DNA of 64,000 bases from contig JBBQWS010000001.1 in assembly GCA_038210415.1 (NCBI GenBank), positions 11,200 through 75,199 of the forward strand. Direction: 5' to 3'. Below the pieces are notes generated by a model. The model made no database searches. It saw only the letters and a list, made by a program, of their open reading frames with translations, and was not told the DNA's origin. Of the stretch, positions 42,725 through 54,300 are shown piece by piece. The position numbers were made by a program, and so were the translations under genes. The stretch's first letter is position 1. Every line of letters begins with the position of its first letter. Origin of the DNA: Actinomycetes bacterium. Lineage in GTDB: Bacteria > Actinomycetota > Actinomycetes > Prado026.

Positions 42725-44326
42725 ATGTTCGACGCCCCAGCGGTCCGGCAGTGGGCCAGCGACGCCCTCGACGCCCTGGCCCGGGCCCGCGAGGAGATCG
42801 ACGCGCTGAACGTGTTCCCGGTGCCCGACGGCGACACGGGCACCAACTTGTACCTCACGCTCGAGGCGGCCTTGGAGGAGCTCGACCGGGGTCCGCTCGA
42901 CGAGGACCTCGCGCGCACCGTGCGCGCGCTGGCCCATGGCGCCCTGCTCGGCGCGCGCGGTAACTCCGGTGTGATCCTCAGCCAATTCGTGCGCGGTGGG
43001 GCGGAGGCGCTGGCCGCGGTCCCCGCAGCTGGCTCGGCGGACATGCGAGCGGACCTGCTCTGCCGCGCGTTGCGGTCGGCTGCGGATGCCGGCTACGCGG
43101 CCGTGTCGCAGCCGGTCGAGGGCACGATGCTCACGGTCCTGCGGATGGCAGCCGAAGCCGCCGAGGGCGCCGAGCGGACCGACGACCCACTGGTCGACGT
43201 CGTACGTCTCGCCCGCGCTGCTGCCTCCGGCGCACACGACGCACTGGCCCGGACCCCCGAGATGCTCGAGCCCTTGCGTCGGGCGGGCGTGGTCGACGCG
43301 GGCGGCCGAGGGGTTACCGTGCTGCTCGACACGCTCGTGCGCTCGGTCACCGGAGAGCACCCCGTCAACGAGCCTCAGCGGCTGGCCGTGCCCAAGCCGG
43401 TGCTCGACGACCAGGTGGCCACCGCGGCCGGACCCCCTTTCGAGGTGATGTACCTGCTCGAGGCCGACGCGGTCGACGTCCTCAAGACCGAGCTGGCCCC
43501 GCTCGGTGACTCATTGCTCGTGGTCGGTGGCGACGGGCTCTGGAACGTGCACGTCCACGTGGCCGACGTCGGGGCTGCCGTCGAGGCAGGCATCCGGGCC
43601 GGTCGCCCGTACCGGATCAAGGTGACGCACTTCGGCGAGCAGGTGGCCCGGCAGCAGGCCGGTCGCGACGGCTCCGTCAGGGGAGTCGTCGCCCTGGCCC
43701 CGAGCCGCGGCCTGGCCGACCTCGTCGAGTCCTGCGGGGCTTCGGTGGTGATCGGCCTGCGTCCCTCCACGCGCGAGATCCTCGAGGCGATCCAGTCGGT
43801 GCACGCCCAGGAGGTCGTCGTACTGCCCAACGACCGCGACACGATCCCGGTCGTCAACGCTGCGGCGGAGTATGCGCGTTCGGCCGGCCTGCGGGTCGCG
43901 GTCGTGCCCTCGCGCGCCTCCGTCCAGGTGCTCGCCGCACTGGCGGTGCACGACCCGGGGCGCCGCTACGAGGACGACGTGGTGGCCATGACGGCCGCGG
44001 CACGCGCGACGCGCAGCGGGGCTGTGACCCGCGCGGTCCGTCAGGCCCTGACCTCCGCGGGCGTGTGCGAGGTCGGCGACGTGCTCGGCGTGCTCGACGA
44101 GGACGTCGTGCTGATCGGCACCGACATCACCGGGACGGCCCGCGAGCTGCTCGAGCGGATGCTCACCGCCGGCGGCGAGCTGGTGACCCTGGTCACCGGC
44201 ACGGGCGCGCCGGGCGGGCTGGTCACTGTGCTGGAGGAGTACGTCCGCCGGGCCCACCCCGAGGTCGAGATCAGCTGTTACGACGGCGGCCAGGACGACT
44301 ACCCGCTCCTCGTCGGCGTGGAGTAG
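42725..44326 (+). CDS. DAK2-domain protein (YloV-like) upstream of recG
   Basis: NVFPVPDGDTGTNLYLTLEAA and ARGNSGVILSQ (Dak2 phosphatase-type domain), with a long C-terminal DegV-like extension. Confidence 0.85.
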   Translation: MFDAPAVRQWASDALDALARAREEIDALNVFPVPDGDTGTNLYLTLEAALEELDRGPLDEDLARTVRALAHGALLGARGNSGVILSQFVRGGAEALAAVPAAGSADMRADLLCRALRSAADAGYAAVSQPVEGTMLTVLRMAAEAAEGAERTDDPLVDVVRLARAAASGAHDALARTPEMLEPLRRAGVVDAGGRGVTVLLDTLVRSVTGEHPVNEPQRLAVPKPVLDDQVATAAGPPFEVMYLLEADAVDVLKTELAPLGDSLLVVGGDGLWNVHVHVADVGAAVEAGIRAGRPYRIKVTHFGEQVARQQAGRDGSVRGVVALAPSRGLADLVESCGASVVIGLRPSTREILEAIQSVHAQEVVVLPNDRDTIPVVNAAAEYARSAGLRVAVVPSRASVQVLAALAVHDPGRRYEDDVVAMTAAARATRSGAVTRAVRQALTSAGVCEVGDVLGVLDEDVVLIGTDITGTARELLERMLTAGGELVTLVTGTGAPGGLVTVLEEYVRRAHPEVEISCYDGGQDDYPLLVGVE

Positions 44327-44336
44327 GGGGCGGTTC

Positions 44337-46538
44337 GTGGAGCTGCACGACTCCGTCCGCAGCGTGGTGGGCGACCGTACAGCCAAGGTCCTGCGCACCG
44401 GGCTCGGGATCGAGACGGTCGAGGACCTGCTGCGCCACTACCCGCGCCGGTACGCCGAGAGGGGTCAGCTCACCGATCTCGACGAGCTCGAGATCGACGA
44501 GCACGTGACGGTGATGGCCGAGATCGCGAAGGTGAGCAGCCGTCCGATGAAGGGACGGCGCGGCACCATCCTCGAGGTCGAGGTCACCGACGGCCGGCGC
44601 CGGCTGACCCTGACCTTCTTCAACCAGGCGTGGCGCGAGCGCGAGCTCGTCGTCGGCCGGGTCGGGCTGTTCTCGGGCAAGGTCAGCCTGTTCAACCGCA
44701 CCCGCCAGCTCGCGCACCCCGACTACGTCCTCGTCAGCGCGACCGAGGGCGACCTGGCCGACAGCCCGGAGGCCGCGGCAGAGGCGGCCGAAGCCTTCGC
44801 GGCGGGGCTGATTCCGGTCTACCCGGCCACCGGGGCACTTCCGTCGTGGAAGGTTGCCAAGTGCATCCAAGCGGTGCTCGACCCGCTCGACGCCATCGCC
44901 GAACCGCTGCCCGAGGACCTGCTCGAACGGCGCGGACTCGTGGGCCTCGACCAGGCGTTCCGGCTGATCCACCAGCCGAACTCCCGGCCGGACGTGGCCG
45001 TCGCCCGGGCCCGGCTGCTCTTCGAGGAGGCGTACCTCCTGCAGGTCGAGCTGGCCAGGCGGCGAGCAGCGGCGTCCGCCCTCGAGGCGGTGCCACGCGT
45101 AGCCGTGCCCGGCGGCGTGCTGGAGGCGTTCGACGCGCGGATGCCGTTCACGTTGACCGCCGGACAGATCGAGGTGGGGGACACGGTCACCCAGGACCTC
45201 GCCCGACGGCACCCGATGCACCGGCTCCTGCAGGGCGAGGTCGGCAGCGGCAAGACGATGGTGGCGTTGCGGGCGATGCTCACCGTCGTCGACTCCGGCG
45301 GCCAGGCGGCGCTACTCGCGCCGACAGAAGTCCTTGCGCAGCAACATCATCGCTCGATCACCGCGATGCTCGGGCCGCTCGCCGAACGTGGTCTTCTCGG
45401 TGGGGCCGACGTGGGCACCCGGGTCGCTCTGCTGACCGGATCGCAAGGGACGTCGGCCCGCAAGCAGGCCATGCTCGAGGCGGTCAGCGGTGACGCAGGC
45501 ATCGTCGTGGGGACGCACGCGTTGCTCGAGGAGCGGGTGGCGTTCTTCGACCTGGGGCTGGTGGTCGTCGACGAGCAGCACCGGTTCGGCGTCGAGCAGC
45601 GGGCCGCCCTCACGGCCAAGGGAGCCACGCCGCCGCACGTCCTGGTGATGACCGCGACCCCGATCCCACGCACCGTGGCCATGACGGTGTTCGGTGACCT
45701 CGAGGTCTCGACGCTGACCGAGCTGCCGGTCGGTCGGTCGCCGATCACCACCTTCGTGGTGCCGTCGGGTGACAAGCCGCACTTCCTCGAGCGGGCCTGG
45801 CAACGGGTTCGCGAGGAGGTCGGGGCCGGCCACCAGGCATTCGTGGTGTGCCCGCGGATCGGAGCCGCGGAGTCGGACGAGATGGAGGTTCCTGTCGACG
45901 ACGCCGCCGACGACGAGGCCCGCCGGCCGCCGCTCGCGGTGCTCGACGTCGCACCGGAGCTCGTCGCGGGCCCGCTTGCAGGGCTGCGGGTGGAGGTGCT
46001 GCACGGCCGAATGGTCCCCGAGGCGAAGGACGACGTGATGCGCCGGTTCTCCACCGGTGAGGTCGACGTTCTTGTCGCCACCACCGTCGTAGAGGTGGGC
46101 GTCGACGTGCCCAACGCCACGGTCATGGTGGTGCTCGACGCCGACCGGTTCGGCGTCTCACAGCTGCACCAGCTGCGGGGGCGGATCGGGCGGGGGAGCG
46201 CCGTGGGGCTCTGCCTGCTAGTCACCGAGCTCTCCGAGGGCGTGCCCGCCCGTGGTCGCCTCGACGCCGTGGCGGCGACCACCGACGGGTTCGAGCTGTC
46301 CCGGATCGACCTGGAGTCGCGCCGCGAGGGCGACGTGCTGGGTGCGTCCCAGTCAGGGCGTCGCTCGTCGCTGCGGCTGCTGAGCGTCCTGCGCGACGAG
46401 GACGTCATCGTGGCCGCGCGCGAGGATGCCGGCGCACTGGTCGCCGAGGACCCGACGCTCGAGCATCACCCTGCGCTCCGGGCCGCTCTCGACGCTGAGC
46501 TCGACCCCGACCGAGCCGACTACCTGGAGAAGGCGTGA
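44337..46538 (+). CDS. recG: ATP-dependent DNA helicase RecG
   Basis: 733 aa with [16 protein letters not shown], helicase C motifs and [12 protein letters not shown]. Confidence 0.95.
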   Translation: MELHDSVRSVVGDRTAKVLRTGLGIETVEDLLRHYPRRYAERGQLTDLDELEIDEHVTVMAEIAKVSSRPMKGRRGTILEVEVTDGRRRLTLTFFNQAWRERELVVGRVGLFSGKVSLFNRTRQLAHPDYVLVSATEGDLADSPEAAAEAAEAFAAGLIPVYPATGALPSWKVAKCIQAVLDPLDAIAEPLPEDLLERRGLVGLDQAFRLIHQPNSRPDVAVARARLLFEEAYLLQVELARRRAAASALEAVPRVAVPGGVLEAFDARMPFTLTAGQIEVGDTVTQDLARRHPMHRLLQGEVGSGKTMVALRAMLTVVDSGGQAALLAPTEVLAQQHHRSITAMLGPLAERGLLGGADVGTRVALLTGSQGTSARKQAMLEAVSGDAGIVVGTHALLEERVAFFDLGLVVVDEQHRFGVEQRAALTAKGATPPHVLVMTATPIPRTVAMTVFGDLEVSTLTELPVGRSPITTFVVPSGDKPHFLERAWQRVREEVGAGHQAFVVCPRIGAAESDEMEVPVDDAADDEARRPPLAVLDVAPELVAGPLAGLRVEVLHGRMVPEAKDDVMRRFSTGEVDVLVATTVVEVGVDVPNATVMVVLDADRFGVSQLHQLRGRIGRGSAVGLCLLVTELSEGVPARGRLDAVAATTDGFELSRIDLESRREGDVLGASQSGRRSSLRLLSVLRDEDVIVAAREDAGALVAEDPTLEHHPALRAALDAELDPDRADYLEKA

Positions 46539-47119
46539 CCCGGATCATCGCGGGCGTGGCTCGCGGTCGTCGGCTGACCGTGCCATCTGGCACCGGGACC
46601 AGGCCAACCTCGGACCGGGCCCGCGAGGCGCTCTTCTCCGCCCTCGCCGCGCTCCGCGGACCGCTGGCTCGCACCAGGGTGCTCGACCTGTACGCCGGGT
46701 CCGGGGCGCTCGGCCTCGAGGCGCTGTCGCGCGGCGCCGTCCATGCGCTGCTCGTGGAGTCCGACCGCGCCGCGCTGGTGGCGATCCGGGCCAACGTCGC
46801 CGCCCTCGGCCTGCCCGGCGCCGAGGTCAGGAGCGCTCCGGTCGAACGGCTCGCGTCGTCAGCGGCGCCCCAGGTGCCGTACGACCTCGTGCTCGTCGAC
46901 CCGCCGTACGCCCTGCCGGCCGCGGACGTCGCGGACGTGCTCGAGCATCTGCTGGCGGGGGGCTGGCTGGCCGAGGCGGCCGTCGTCGTGGTCGAGCGGG
47001 GCACCCGCCAAGCACCCTGGGGCTGGCCGCCCGGGTTCGCCGCCGACCGCGAGCGGGCCTACGGCGAGGCCACCCTTTGGTACGGTCACGCCGCCAGCGC
47101 TGCGCGATGCGAGGAGTGA
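46535..47119 (+). CDS. rsmD: 16S rRNA (guanine966-N2)-methyltransferase
   Basis: [32 protein letters not shown] and VDPPYAL. Confidence 0.9.
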   Translation: MTRIIAGVARGRRLTVPSGTGTRPTSDRAREALFSALAALRGPLARTRVLDLYAGSGALGLEALSRGAVHALLVESDRAALVAIRANVAALGLPGAEVRSAPVERLASSAAPQVPYDLVLVDPPYALPAADVADVLEHLLAGGWLAEAAVVVVERGTRQAPWGWPPGFAADRERAYGEATLWYGHAASAARCEE

Positions 47120-47121
47120 AC

Positions 47122-47610
47122 GTGCGCAAAGTCGTCTGTCCGGGATCATTCGACCCGGTGACCAACGGTCACCTCGACATCATCGGTCGCGCTGCCGCCC
47201 TGTTCGACGAGGTGACGGTCGCGGTGCTGATCAACAAGAACAAGGCCAGCCTGTTCACGGTCGACGAGCGGATCGACATGCTCGTCCAGGTGACGGCCCA
47301 GTGGCCCAACGTGCGCATCGACAGCTTCTACGGTCTGCTGGTCGACTTCTGCCGCGATCGGGGCATCCCGGCCATCGTCAAGGGCATGCGCGCGGTCAGC
47401 GACTTCGACTACGAGCTCCAGATGGCCCAGATGAACCACCGGCTCGCCGGGGTCGAGACTTTGTTCGTGCCGACCTCGGCGACCTACAGTTACCTGTCGT
47501 CCAGCCTCGTCAAGGAGGTGGCGACGCACGGAGGCGACGTCTCCAGCCTGGTTCCCGACCTCGTCGTGGCCCGGCTGCGCGATCGCCTCAGGAGTGGCGA
47601 CGGTTCGTAG
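47122..47610 (+). CDS. coaD: Pantetheine-phosphate adenylyltransferase
   Basis: [28 protein letters not shown] lies 5 nt after GAGGAG. Confidence 0.93.
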   Translation: MRKVVCPGSFDPVTNGHLDIIGRAAALFDEVTVAVLINKNKASLFTVDERIDMLVQVTAQWPNVRIDSFYGLLVDFCRDRGIPAIVKGMRAVSDFDYELQMAQMNHRLAGVETLFVPTSATYSYLSSSLVKEVATHGGDVSSLVPDLVVARLRDRLRSGDGS

Positions 47611-47659
47611 TCCGGACCGCTCGACGCCCTCATCGCTACTGCGGAGGAGAACCAAGCCG

Positions 47660-48169
47660 GTGGACGTCCACGAGAAGCTCGACGAGATCACCACCCTGGT
47701 CGAGACGGCACGAGCGATGCCGATGTCGGCGTCCTGCGTGATCAACCGCAGCGAGCTCCTCACGCTCGTCGACGAGCTTCGCGAGCTGCTGCCGGAGGAG
47801 CTCGACCTGGCGGAGCAGCTGATCGCCGGCCGCGACCGGCTGGTCGCCGCGGGCCACGACGAGGCGGAGCGGGTCGTCGCTGCCGCCCACGAGGAGCGCA
47901 TGCGGCTGGTCGCCGAGACCGCCGTGTTCGCACAGGCACAGCTCGAGGCGAGCCGGCTGCGCGCCGAGGCCGAGGATGACTCCGAGGCGATGCGCCAGCA
48001 GGTCGACACGTACGTCGACAGCAAGCTGGCCACCTTCGAGATCACGCTCAACAAGACGCTGGCGGCCGTTCACCGCGGCCGCGAGAAGCTGCGCGGTCGG
48101 GGCGAGCTGGAGAGTCTGGGCACCCTGGGCACCGACACCGGCGAGATCCCGGTCTACCGGGGCGACTAG
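47660..48169 (+). CDS. Conserved coiled-coil protein of unknown function
   Basis: 169 aa, helical and rich in heptads (EELDLAEQLIAGRDRLV...). GTG lies 10 nt after GGAGGAG. Confidence 0.65.
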   Translation: MDVHEKLDEITTLVETARAMPMSASCVINRSELLTLVDELRELLPEELDLAEQLIAGRDRLVAAGHDEAERVVAAAHEERMRLVAETAVFAQAQLEASRLRAEAEDDSEAMRQQVDTYVDSKLATFEITLNKTLAAVHRGREKLRGRGELESLGTLGTDTGEIPVYRGD

Positions 48170-48312
48170 ACCACCTGGTCGCCGGCCCGCTCGGTTTGGG
48201 GGGTGGGTGACCGCTGGGCTACCCTGACCCCACCGGTCTCGTCCGAGACCGTCGTTCGTCGCGCCTTGCGGAGGTTCTGCTGTCCAGGCTCGACCCGCGT
48301 CAACCGCTCGTC

Positions 48313-48846
48313 GTGGATCTCCGCGAGCTCGGTCGACGTGCGGGGTCGATGCTGAAGGTGGACCGCACCGTTCCGGCTCCGGCGGACCTCGGTCTGGATG
48401 TCATCGGCGTTCCTGAAGGGTCCGACCTCCGGCTGCGCCTGCGGCTGGAGTCGGTGGTCGAGGGTGTGCTCGTGTCGGGATCGGCGCGACTGCACTTCGT
48501 CGGCGAGTGTGTGCGGTGTCTGGACGACCTCGCTTTCGAGCACGAGGTCACCTTCCAGGAGCTGTACTACTACCCGGATCAGAGCGTCGACGACGACGAG
48601 GCCTTGCGGGTCCAGGACGATCTGATCGACCTCGATCCGGTGTTGCGCGACGCGGTGGTCCCCGGACTTCCGTTCCAGCCGTTGTGCCGGGATGACTGCC
48701 CGGGTCTGTGCTCCGAGTGTGGGGCGCGGCTCGCGGACGAACCCGGCCACCAGCACGACCCTGTCGACCCACGATGGGCCGCGCTGGCTGAGTTCCCTGC
48801 AGCACTTGCAAGTTCAGCACCCGACGACGTCAAGGAAGAGAGCTAG
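48313..48846 (+). CDS. YceD/DUF177 family protein
   Basis: Typical DUF177 layout with CVRCLD...CPGLCSECG. Lies immediately upstream of rpmF, as in many bacteria. Confidence 0.85.
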   Translation: MDLRELGRRAGSMLKVDRTVPAPADLGLDVIGVPEGSDLRLRLRLESVVEGVLVSGSARLHFVGECVRCLDDLAFEHEVTFQELYYYPDQSVDDDEALRVQDDLIDLDPVLRDAVVPGLPFQPLCRDDCPGLCSECGARLADEPGHQHDPVDPRWAALAEFPAALASSAPDDVKEES

Positions 48847-48848
48847 CC

Positions 48849-49022
48849 GTGGCCGTTCCGAAGAGGAAGACCTCGCGCAGCAACACCCGGCACCGCCGGT
48901 CGCAGTGGAAGACAAGCGCGCCTGCGCTGTCGACCTGTGATCGTTGCCGGCAGCCGAAGCTGCAGCACACCGCCTGCCCGACCTGTGGCACGTACAACAA
49001 GCGCCAGGTCCTGGCAGTCTGA
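48849..49022 (+). CDS. rpmF: 50S ribosomal protein L32
   Basis: 57 aa, so absent from the track. [60 protein letters not shown] 48849, TGA 49020-22. Confidence 0.92.
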   Translation: MAVPKRKTSRSNTRHRRSQWKTSAPALSTCDRCRQPKLQHTACPTCGTYNKRQVLAV

Positions 49023-49048
49023 GCTCGCGGCGCGGGGGGCTGAAGGCA

Positions 49049-49759
49049 GTGTCGTCGGAACCCAGCGCGGGGTCTTCGGCGTCGTATGACGCGCTGGAGG
49101 ACCGGATCGGCTGCACGGTCGAGCACGGGCTCCTGGAGCGTGCGCTTACCCACCGCTCGTACGCCTACGAAGCGGGCGGTCTGCCGACGAACGAGCGGCT
49201 GGAGTTCCTCGGCGACTCCGTTCTCGGACTGGTGGTGACGGACACCCTGTACCAGGCCCACCCGGACCTGCCTGAGGGTCAGCTCGCGAAGCTCCGCTCG
49301 GCGGTGGTCAACGCCCGGGCGCTCGCCGAGGTGGCTCGAGAGCTCGGCCTCGGCAGCTACGTGCGGCTGGGCCGGGGCGAGGAGACCACGGGTGGTCGCG
49401 ACAAGAGCTCGATCCTGGCCGACACCGTCGAGGCGGTGATCGGCGCGGTCTACGTGGACCGCGGACTGGCCGAGGCCGACCGGCTGATCCACCGCCTGTT
49501 CGACCCGTTGATCGCGGCGTCGTCCCGGCTCGGCGCCGGACTCGACTGGAAGACCTCGTTGCAGGAGCTGACGGCCGCGACCGGGCTCGGCGTCCCTGAG
49601 TACGTCGTCAGCGAGGACGGTCCGGACCACGCCAAGACCTTCGCAGCGGTGGCCAGGGTCGCCGGTGTCGACCGGGGCGCAGGGGCCGGCCGCAGCAAGA
49701 AGGAAGCCGAGCAGGAAGCGGCGTCCGCGGCCTGGCAGGCCCTGCGTTCCGAGATCTGA
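49049..49759 (+). CDS. rnc: Ribonuclease III
   Basis: [18 protein letters not shown] signature plus a C-terminal dsRBD (GPDHAKTF...[12 protein letters not shown]). The start at GTG 49049 is uncertain. Confidence 0.9.
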   Translation: MSSEPSAGSSASYDALEDRIGCTVEHGLLERALTHRSYAYEAGGLPTNERLEFLGDSVLGLVVTDTLYQAHPDLPEGQLAKLRSAVVNARALAEVARELGLGSYVRLGRGEETTGGRDKSSILADTVEAVIGAVYVDRGLAEADRLIHRLFDPLIAASSRLGAGLDWKTSLQELTAATGLGVPEYVVSEDGPDHAKTFAAVARVAGVDRGAGAGRSKKEAEQEAASAAWQALRSEI

Positions 49760-49765
49760 GCTGCC

Positions 49766-50911
49766 GTGCCTGAGCTGCCGGAAGTAGAGGTCGTCCGTCG
49801 CGGCCTGCAGCTCTGGGTGGTGGGTCGACGGATCGAGGCGGCGCACGTCTACCACCCGAGGGCGGTCCGGCGGCACCTGGCCGGGGCCGACGACTTCGTC
49901 GCGCGGTTGGCTGGGGCCACCCCGATGTCGGCCGAGCGCCGCGGCAAGTACCTCTGGCTGCCCCTCGACTCCGGGGACGCGCTGGTCGCCCACCTGGGCA
50001 TGAGCGGGCAGCTGCTCGTGCAGCCGACCGTGGCGGCGCACGAGACGCACCTGCGGGTCCGGGTCGTCTTCGGTGACGGTGGCCCGGAGCTGCGGTTCGT
50101 CGACCAGCGCACGTTCGGCGCCCTGGCGGTCGAGCCCACCGACGCCGCCGGCGTCCCGCTGCCCGTCGCCCACATCGCCCTCGACCCGCTCGACCCCGCA
50201 TTCGACGACACGGCGTTCGCGCTGGCCCTGCGCAGCCGACGCAGCGGAGTCAAGCGCGCGCTGCTCGACCAGACGCTCGTCTCCGGGATCGGCAACATCT
50301 ACGCCGACGAGGCGCTCTGGCGGGCCAGGATCCACTACGACCGGCCGGGCGACACGCTGACGGCGGCCGCCGCGGGCCGGCTGCTCGCTGCGGCCCGTAC
50401 GGTCATGACCGAGGCGCTCGCGCTGGGCGGCACCTCGTTCGACGCGTTGTACGTCAACGTCAACGGCGAGAGCGGGTACTTCGACCGTTCGCTGGACGCC
50501 TACGGGCAGCAGGGCGAACCCTGCGGCCGCTGCGGGACGCCGATCGTGCGCGAGCCCTTCATGAACCGCTCGTCGTTCCGATGCCCCCGCTGTCAGCCCC
50601 GGCCGCGTCGGCGTTCGGAGGCTGCCAGTCCGGCCGATCCGGACGTACGGATCACGTGCTGGGTCCGCGGCCGGGTGCAGGGGGTGGGCTTCCGCTGGTG
50701 GACCCGCGCGCGGGCCCTCGAGCTGGGGCTCACCGGCTGGGCGGCCAACCTGACCGACGGCCGGGTCGAGGTCGTCGCGCAGGGGCCGCGGTCGCAATGT
50801 GAGTGCCTGCTCGGGCTGCTGCGGGACGGTCGACCGCCGGGAGTCGTCACCGGCACGAGTGAGCAGTGGGGCTCGGCCCGACCTGGCCTTGAGGGTTTCG
50901 CCGAGCGTTGA
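49766..50911 (+). CDS. mutM: Formamidopyrimidine-DNA glycosylase continuing without a stop into an acylphosphatase domain
   Basis: [14 protein letters not shown] and the zinc finger CGRCG...CPRCQ end at about 50596. An ~89-aa AcyP domain follows in the same frame ([37 protein letters not shown]). The linker contains no in-frame stop or start codon. Confidence 0.8.
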   Translation: MPELPEVEVVRRGLQLWVVGRRIEAAHVYHPRAVRRHLAGADDFVARLAGATPMSAERRGKYLWLPLDSGDALVAHLGMSGQLLVQPTVAAHETHLRVRVVFGDGGPELRFVDQRTFGALAVEPTDAAGVPLPVAHIALDPLDPAFDDTAFALALRSRRSGVKRALLDQTLVSGIGNIYADEALWRARIHYDRPGDTLTAAAAGRLLAAARTVMTEALALGGTSFDALYVNVNGESGYFDRSLDAYGQQGEPCGRCGTPIVREPFMNRSSFRCPRCQPRPRRRSEAASPADPDVRITCWVRGRVQGVGFRWWTRARALELGLTGWAANLTDGRVEVVAQGPRSQCECLLGLLRDGRPPGVVTGTSEQWGSARPGLEGFAER

Positions 50912-51078
50912 CCAGGCGCGATTGTCACCCGTTCGCCACCTTGACCCGTTCGTGACCTGGTGCGACCCTGGAGTCGAAAGCGCGATTCACTCGTCCCACT
51001 GCGCAAGGACCGCGCGGGGACCGAACGCCGCAGGACCGACCCACTGGTGCCCCGCACCGCGAACCTGAAGGACCCTCA

Positions 51079-51285
51079 ATGGCGAAGGCCCTCTTCGGCC
51101 ACCTCGGCGGCCCTGACCCCATCGTCGCCGCAGAGCTCAGCCGACTCCGGCGTCGGGTCGCGGATCTCGAGGCGGAGGTCGAGCGGCTGCACGCCGCCTC
51201 CGGCGTCCTGACAGCCCTCGAGCACGACGACCTGGTGATCGTCACCGACAGCGACATGGCGGAGTTGTCTCCCGCGCTGACCTGA
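51079..51285 (+). CDS. Small hypothetical coiled-coil protein (68 aa) upstream of smc
   Basis: ATG start and good third-position GC. Helical segment ELSRLRRRVADLEAEVERL. I recognise no family. Confidence 0.5.
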   Translation: MAKALFGHLGGPDPIVAAELSRLRRRVADLEAEVERLHAASGVLTALEHDDLVIVTDSDMAELSPALT

Positions 51286-51333
51286 CCGGTCAGCCTGACT
51301 CGGCGGGTCTGCGGCCGGGGGTAGCCTTGCGCC

Positions 51334-54300
51334 GTGCACCTCAAGAGCCTCACCTTGCGTGGGTTCAAGTCGTTCGCGTCCTCGACGACGCTGCGCTTCG
51401 AGCCCGGCATCACCTGCGTCGTGGGACCCAACGGTTCGGGGAAGTCGAACGTCGTCGACGCCTTGGCCTGGGTGATGGGCGAGCAGGGGGCCAAGAGCCT
51501 GCGCGGCGGCAAGATGGAGGACGTCATCTTCGCGGGCACGGCCGGCCGGCCACCGCTGGGCCGGGCCGAGGTCGTGCTGAGCATCGACAACACCGACGGT
51601 GCGCTGCCGGTCGAGTTCGCCGAGGTCACGATCTCGCGGATCATGTTCCGCAACGGCGGTTCGGAGTACGCCATCAACGGCGACCCGTGCCGGCTGCTCG
51701 ACGTCCAGGAGCTGCTCTCGGACTCCGGCATCGGGCGCGAGATGCACGTCATCGTGGGCCAGGGCCAGCTCGACCAGGTGCTCTCCGCCACGCCTGAGGA
51801 CCGTAGGGGCTTCATCGAGGAGGCGGCCGGCGTCCTCAAGCACCGCAAGCGCAAGGAGAAGGCGCTCCGCAAGCTCGAGGCCATGCAGGCCAACCTGACC
51901 CGGATCACCGACCTGACGGGTGAGCTTCGGCGCCAGCTGAAGCCGCTCGGCAAGCAGGCGGAGGTCGCCCGCCGGGCGCAGGTGGTGCAGGCCGATCTGC
52001 GGGACGCCCGGTTGCGGCTGCTCGCCGACGACCTGGTGACCATGCGCTCCACGCTGCAGCAGGAGGTCGCCGACGAGACCGCGCTGCGCGAGCGCCGGGC
52101 CCGGGTCGAGGCGGCCTCCGTCGGCGCACGGCAGCGGGAGGCCGAGCTCGAGGCCGACGTCGCCGAACACTCGCCGCGGCTGGCCGCAGCGCAGGAGGTC
52201 TGGTACCGCCTGGCCGGGGTGCGCGAGCGGCTCCGTGCCACTCAGGGGCTGGCCGGCCAACGGCTCCGGATCCTCGCCACCGAGCCGGACGACGACCGCA
52301 CCGGAAGCGATCCGGACGATCTCGACGCCGCAGCCGCATCGGCCCGGGCCGAGGAGCAGTCCCTCATCGCCCAGGTCGAGGCCGACTCGGTCCGGCTTGC
52401 GGCGGCGGTGAGCGCGCGGACCAGGGCGGAAGCCGCCCTCGTGGCCGAGGAGCGCCGAGTCACCTCCGCCGAGCGGGCCGCAGCGGACCGGCGCGAAGGC
52501 CTCGCGCGACTCAGCGGCCAGGTGGCTGCCGCGCGTTCGCGGCTGGAGACCCGTACCGCCGAGATCGACCGGCTGTCGACGACGCTGGCCGAGGCGAGGA
52601 GCCGGGCGGGCAACGCACAGCGCGACTTCACCGCGCTCGAGTCGCAGGTCGCCGGCCTCGACGAGGGCGAGGTCGACCTCGACTCCGAGCACGCGGCTGC
52701 GGCAGCCGCTTTCGACGATGCCGAGCAGTCGGTCACCCGGTTGCGTGAGGCCGAGCGTGAGGCCGAGCGCGAGCGCGCAGGACTGATCGCCCGCAAGGAA
52801 GCCCTCGAGATGGGGCTGGCCCGCAAGGACGGGGCCGGGGCAGTGCTCGCGGCGGGCGACCGGCTGTCGGGTGTGCTCGGCACGGTCGCCGCGCTTCTCA
52901 CCATCCGGCCCGGCTACGAGGCTGCGGTGGCGGCCGCGCTCGGCTCGGCCGCCGACGCCGTCGCGGTCGACGGCCTCGACTCCGCGGTCGGTGCGCTGCG
53001 CTTGCTCAAGGCCGACGATGCTGGCCGTGCACCGCTCGTGGTGGCGGGCGGACCCGCCACCACGGCCACGGCGAGCCTCGCCGCTTCGATCACCCTGCCG
53101 GCGCAGGCGGTGCCGGCCGCCGACCTGGTCGACGCCCCTTCGGGCCTGCGGCCGGGGCTGGCCCGACTGCTCGGGCGCACCGTCGTGGTCGACGGCGTCG
53201 ATGACGCTCGCGCACTGGTCGCGAGGCACCCCGACCTCGTGGCCGTGACCCGGCAGGGCGACGTGCTCGGGGTCGACTTCGCTCATGGCGGCTCGGCCTC
53301 GCTCCCGTCGTTGCTCGAGGTGCAAGCGGCCGTCGACGACGCGGGCGCTCGGCTCGAGGCGGCCGCGGCTCAGGCCGAACGGCTCCGCACGGATCTCGTG
53401 CGGGTGACCGCGCAGCGCCAGCGCGCCTCGGAGCGGGTCGAGGCCGCCCTGGTCCGACTGCACGAGTCGGACGCCCGGATGGCCGCCGTGGCGGAGCAGC
53501 TCGGACAGCTCGGGGCTGCGGCTCGCGCAGCCGTCGGGGAGGCCGAGCGCACCGCGGCAGCGCTGACCGTGGCCGAGGCGGCCCGGGCGGACGACGAGAA
53601 CAGCCTGACCGAGCTCGACACGCGCCTGCGGGCGGCCGTGGCCTCCCCGGTTGACGACGAGCCCACGGTCGACGACCGAGACGCCCTGGCGGTCGCTGCC
53701 TCGAACGCCCGGCAGAGCGAGGTCGAGGTCCGGCTGTCCGTCCGCACCGGCGAGGAGCGGGCCCGTGCCCTCGGCGGCCGAGCCGAGTCGCTCGAGCGCG
53801 CCGCCAGCGACGAGCGGTCCGCTCGCGAGCGGGCAGCGGCCAGGCGTGAACGGCGGATCCGCGAGCTCGCCGTAGCCGGGGCCGTCGCCAGGGGCGCCGA
53901 GCACGCTCTCCTGCGGATCGAAGGTTCGCTCATCGCCGCGGCCGGCGAGCGTTCCGCGGCGGAGCTGGCTCGCACCGAGGTCGACGCCGAGCTGCTGTCG
54001 GTACGGGCCCAGGCCCGCGAGCTGGCCGGCGAGCTGGACCAGCTGACCAGCTCGGTGCATCGCGACGAGGTCGCCCGGGCCGAGCAACGGCTGCGGATCG
54101 AGGCCCTGGAGACCAAGGTTCTCGACGACTACGGCGTCGAGGGTGACGTACTAGTCGATGAGTACGGTCCGGACCAGCTCGTGCCTGCGTCGATCCCGGT
54201 CCCCGGGGCCGAGGAGGCTGCGGCCGAGGAGCCGGTGCCGTACGTACGAGCCGAGCAGGACAAGCGGGCCCGCGCCGCCGACCGCGACCTCGCGCTGCTG

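Noticed and set aside
48830-50797. 655-aa minus-strand ORF
   Set aside because: It is antisense to rpmF, rnc and fpg, all of which carry strong family motifs.
50675-50911. A separate acyP gene starting at the internal GTG 50675
   Set aside because: That start would remove the first beta-strand ([10 protein letters not shown]) of the acylphosphatase fold. The continuous ORF is the simpler reading, and I flag it as a finding instead.
51076-54087. 1003-aa minus-strand ORF
   Set aside because: It is antisense to smc, with low-complexity Arg/Gly/Leu composition.
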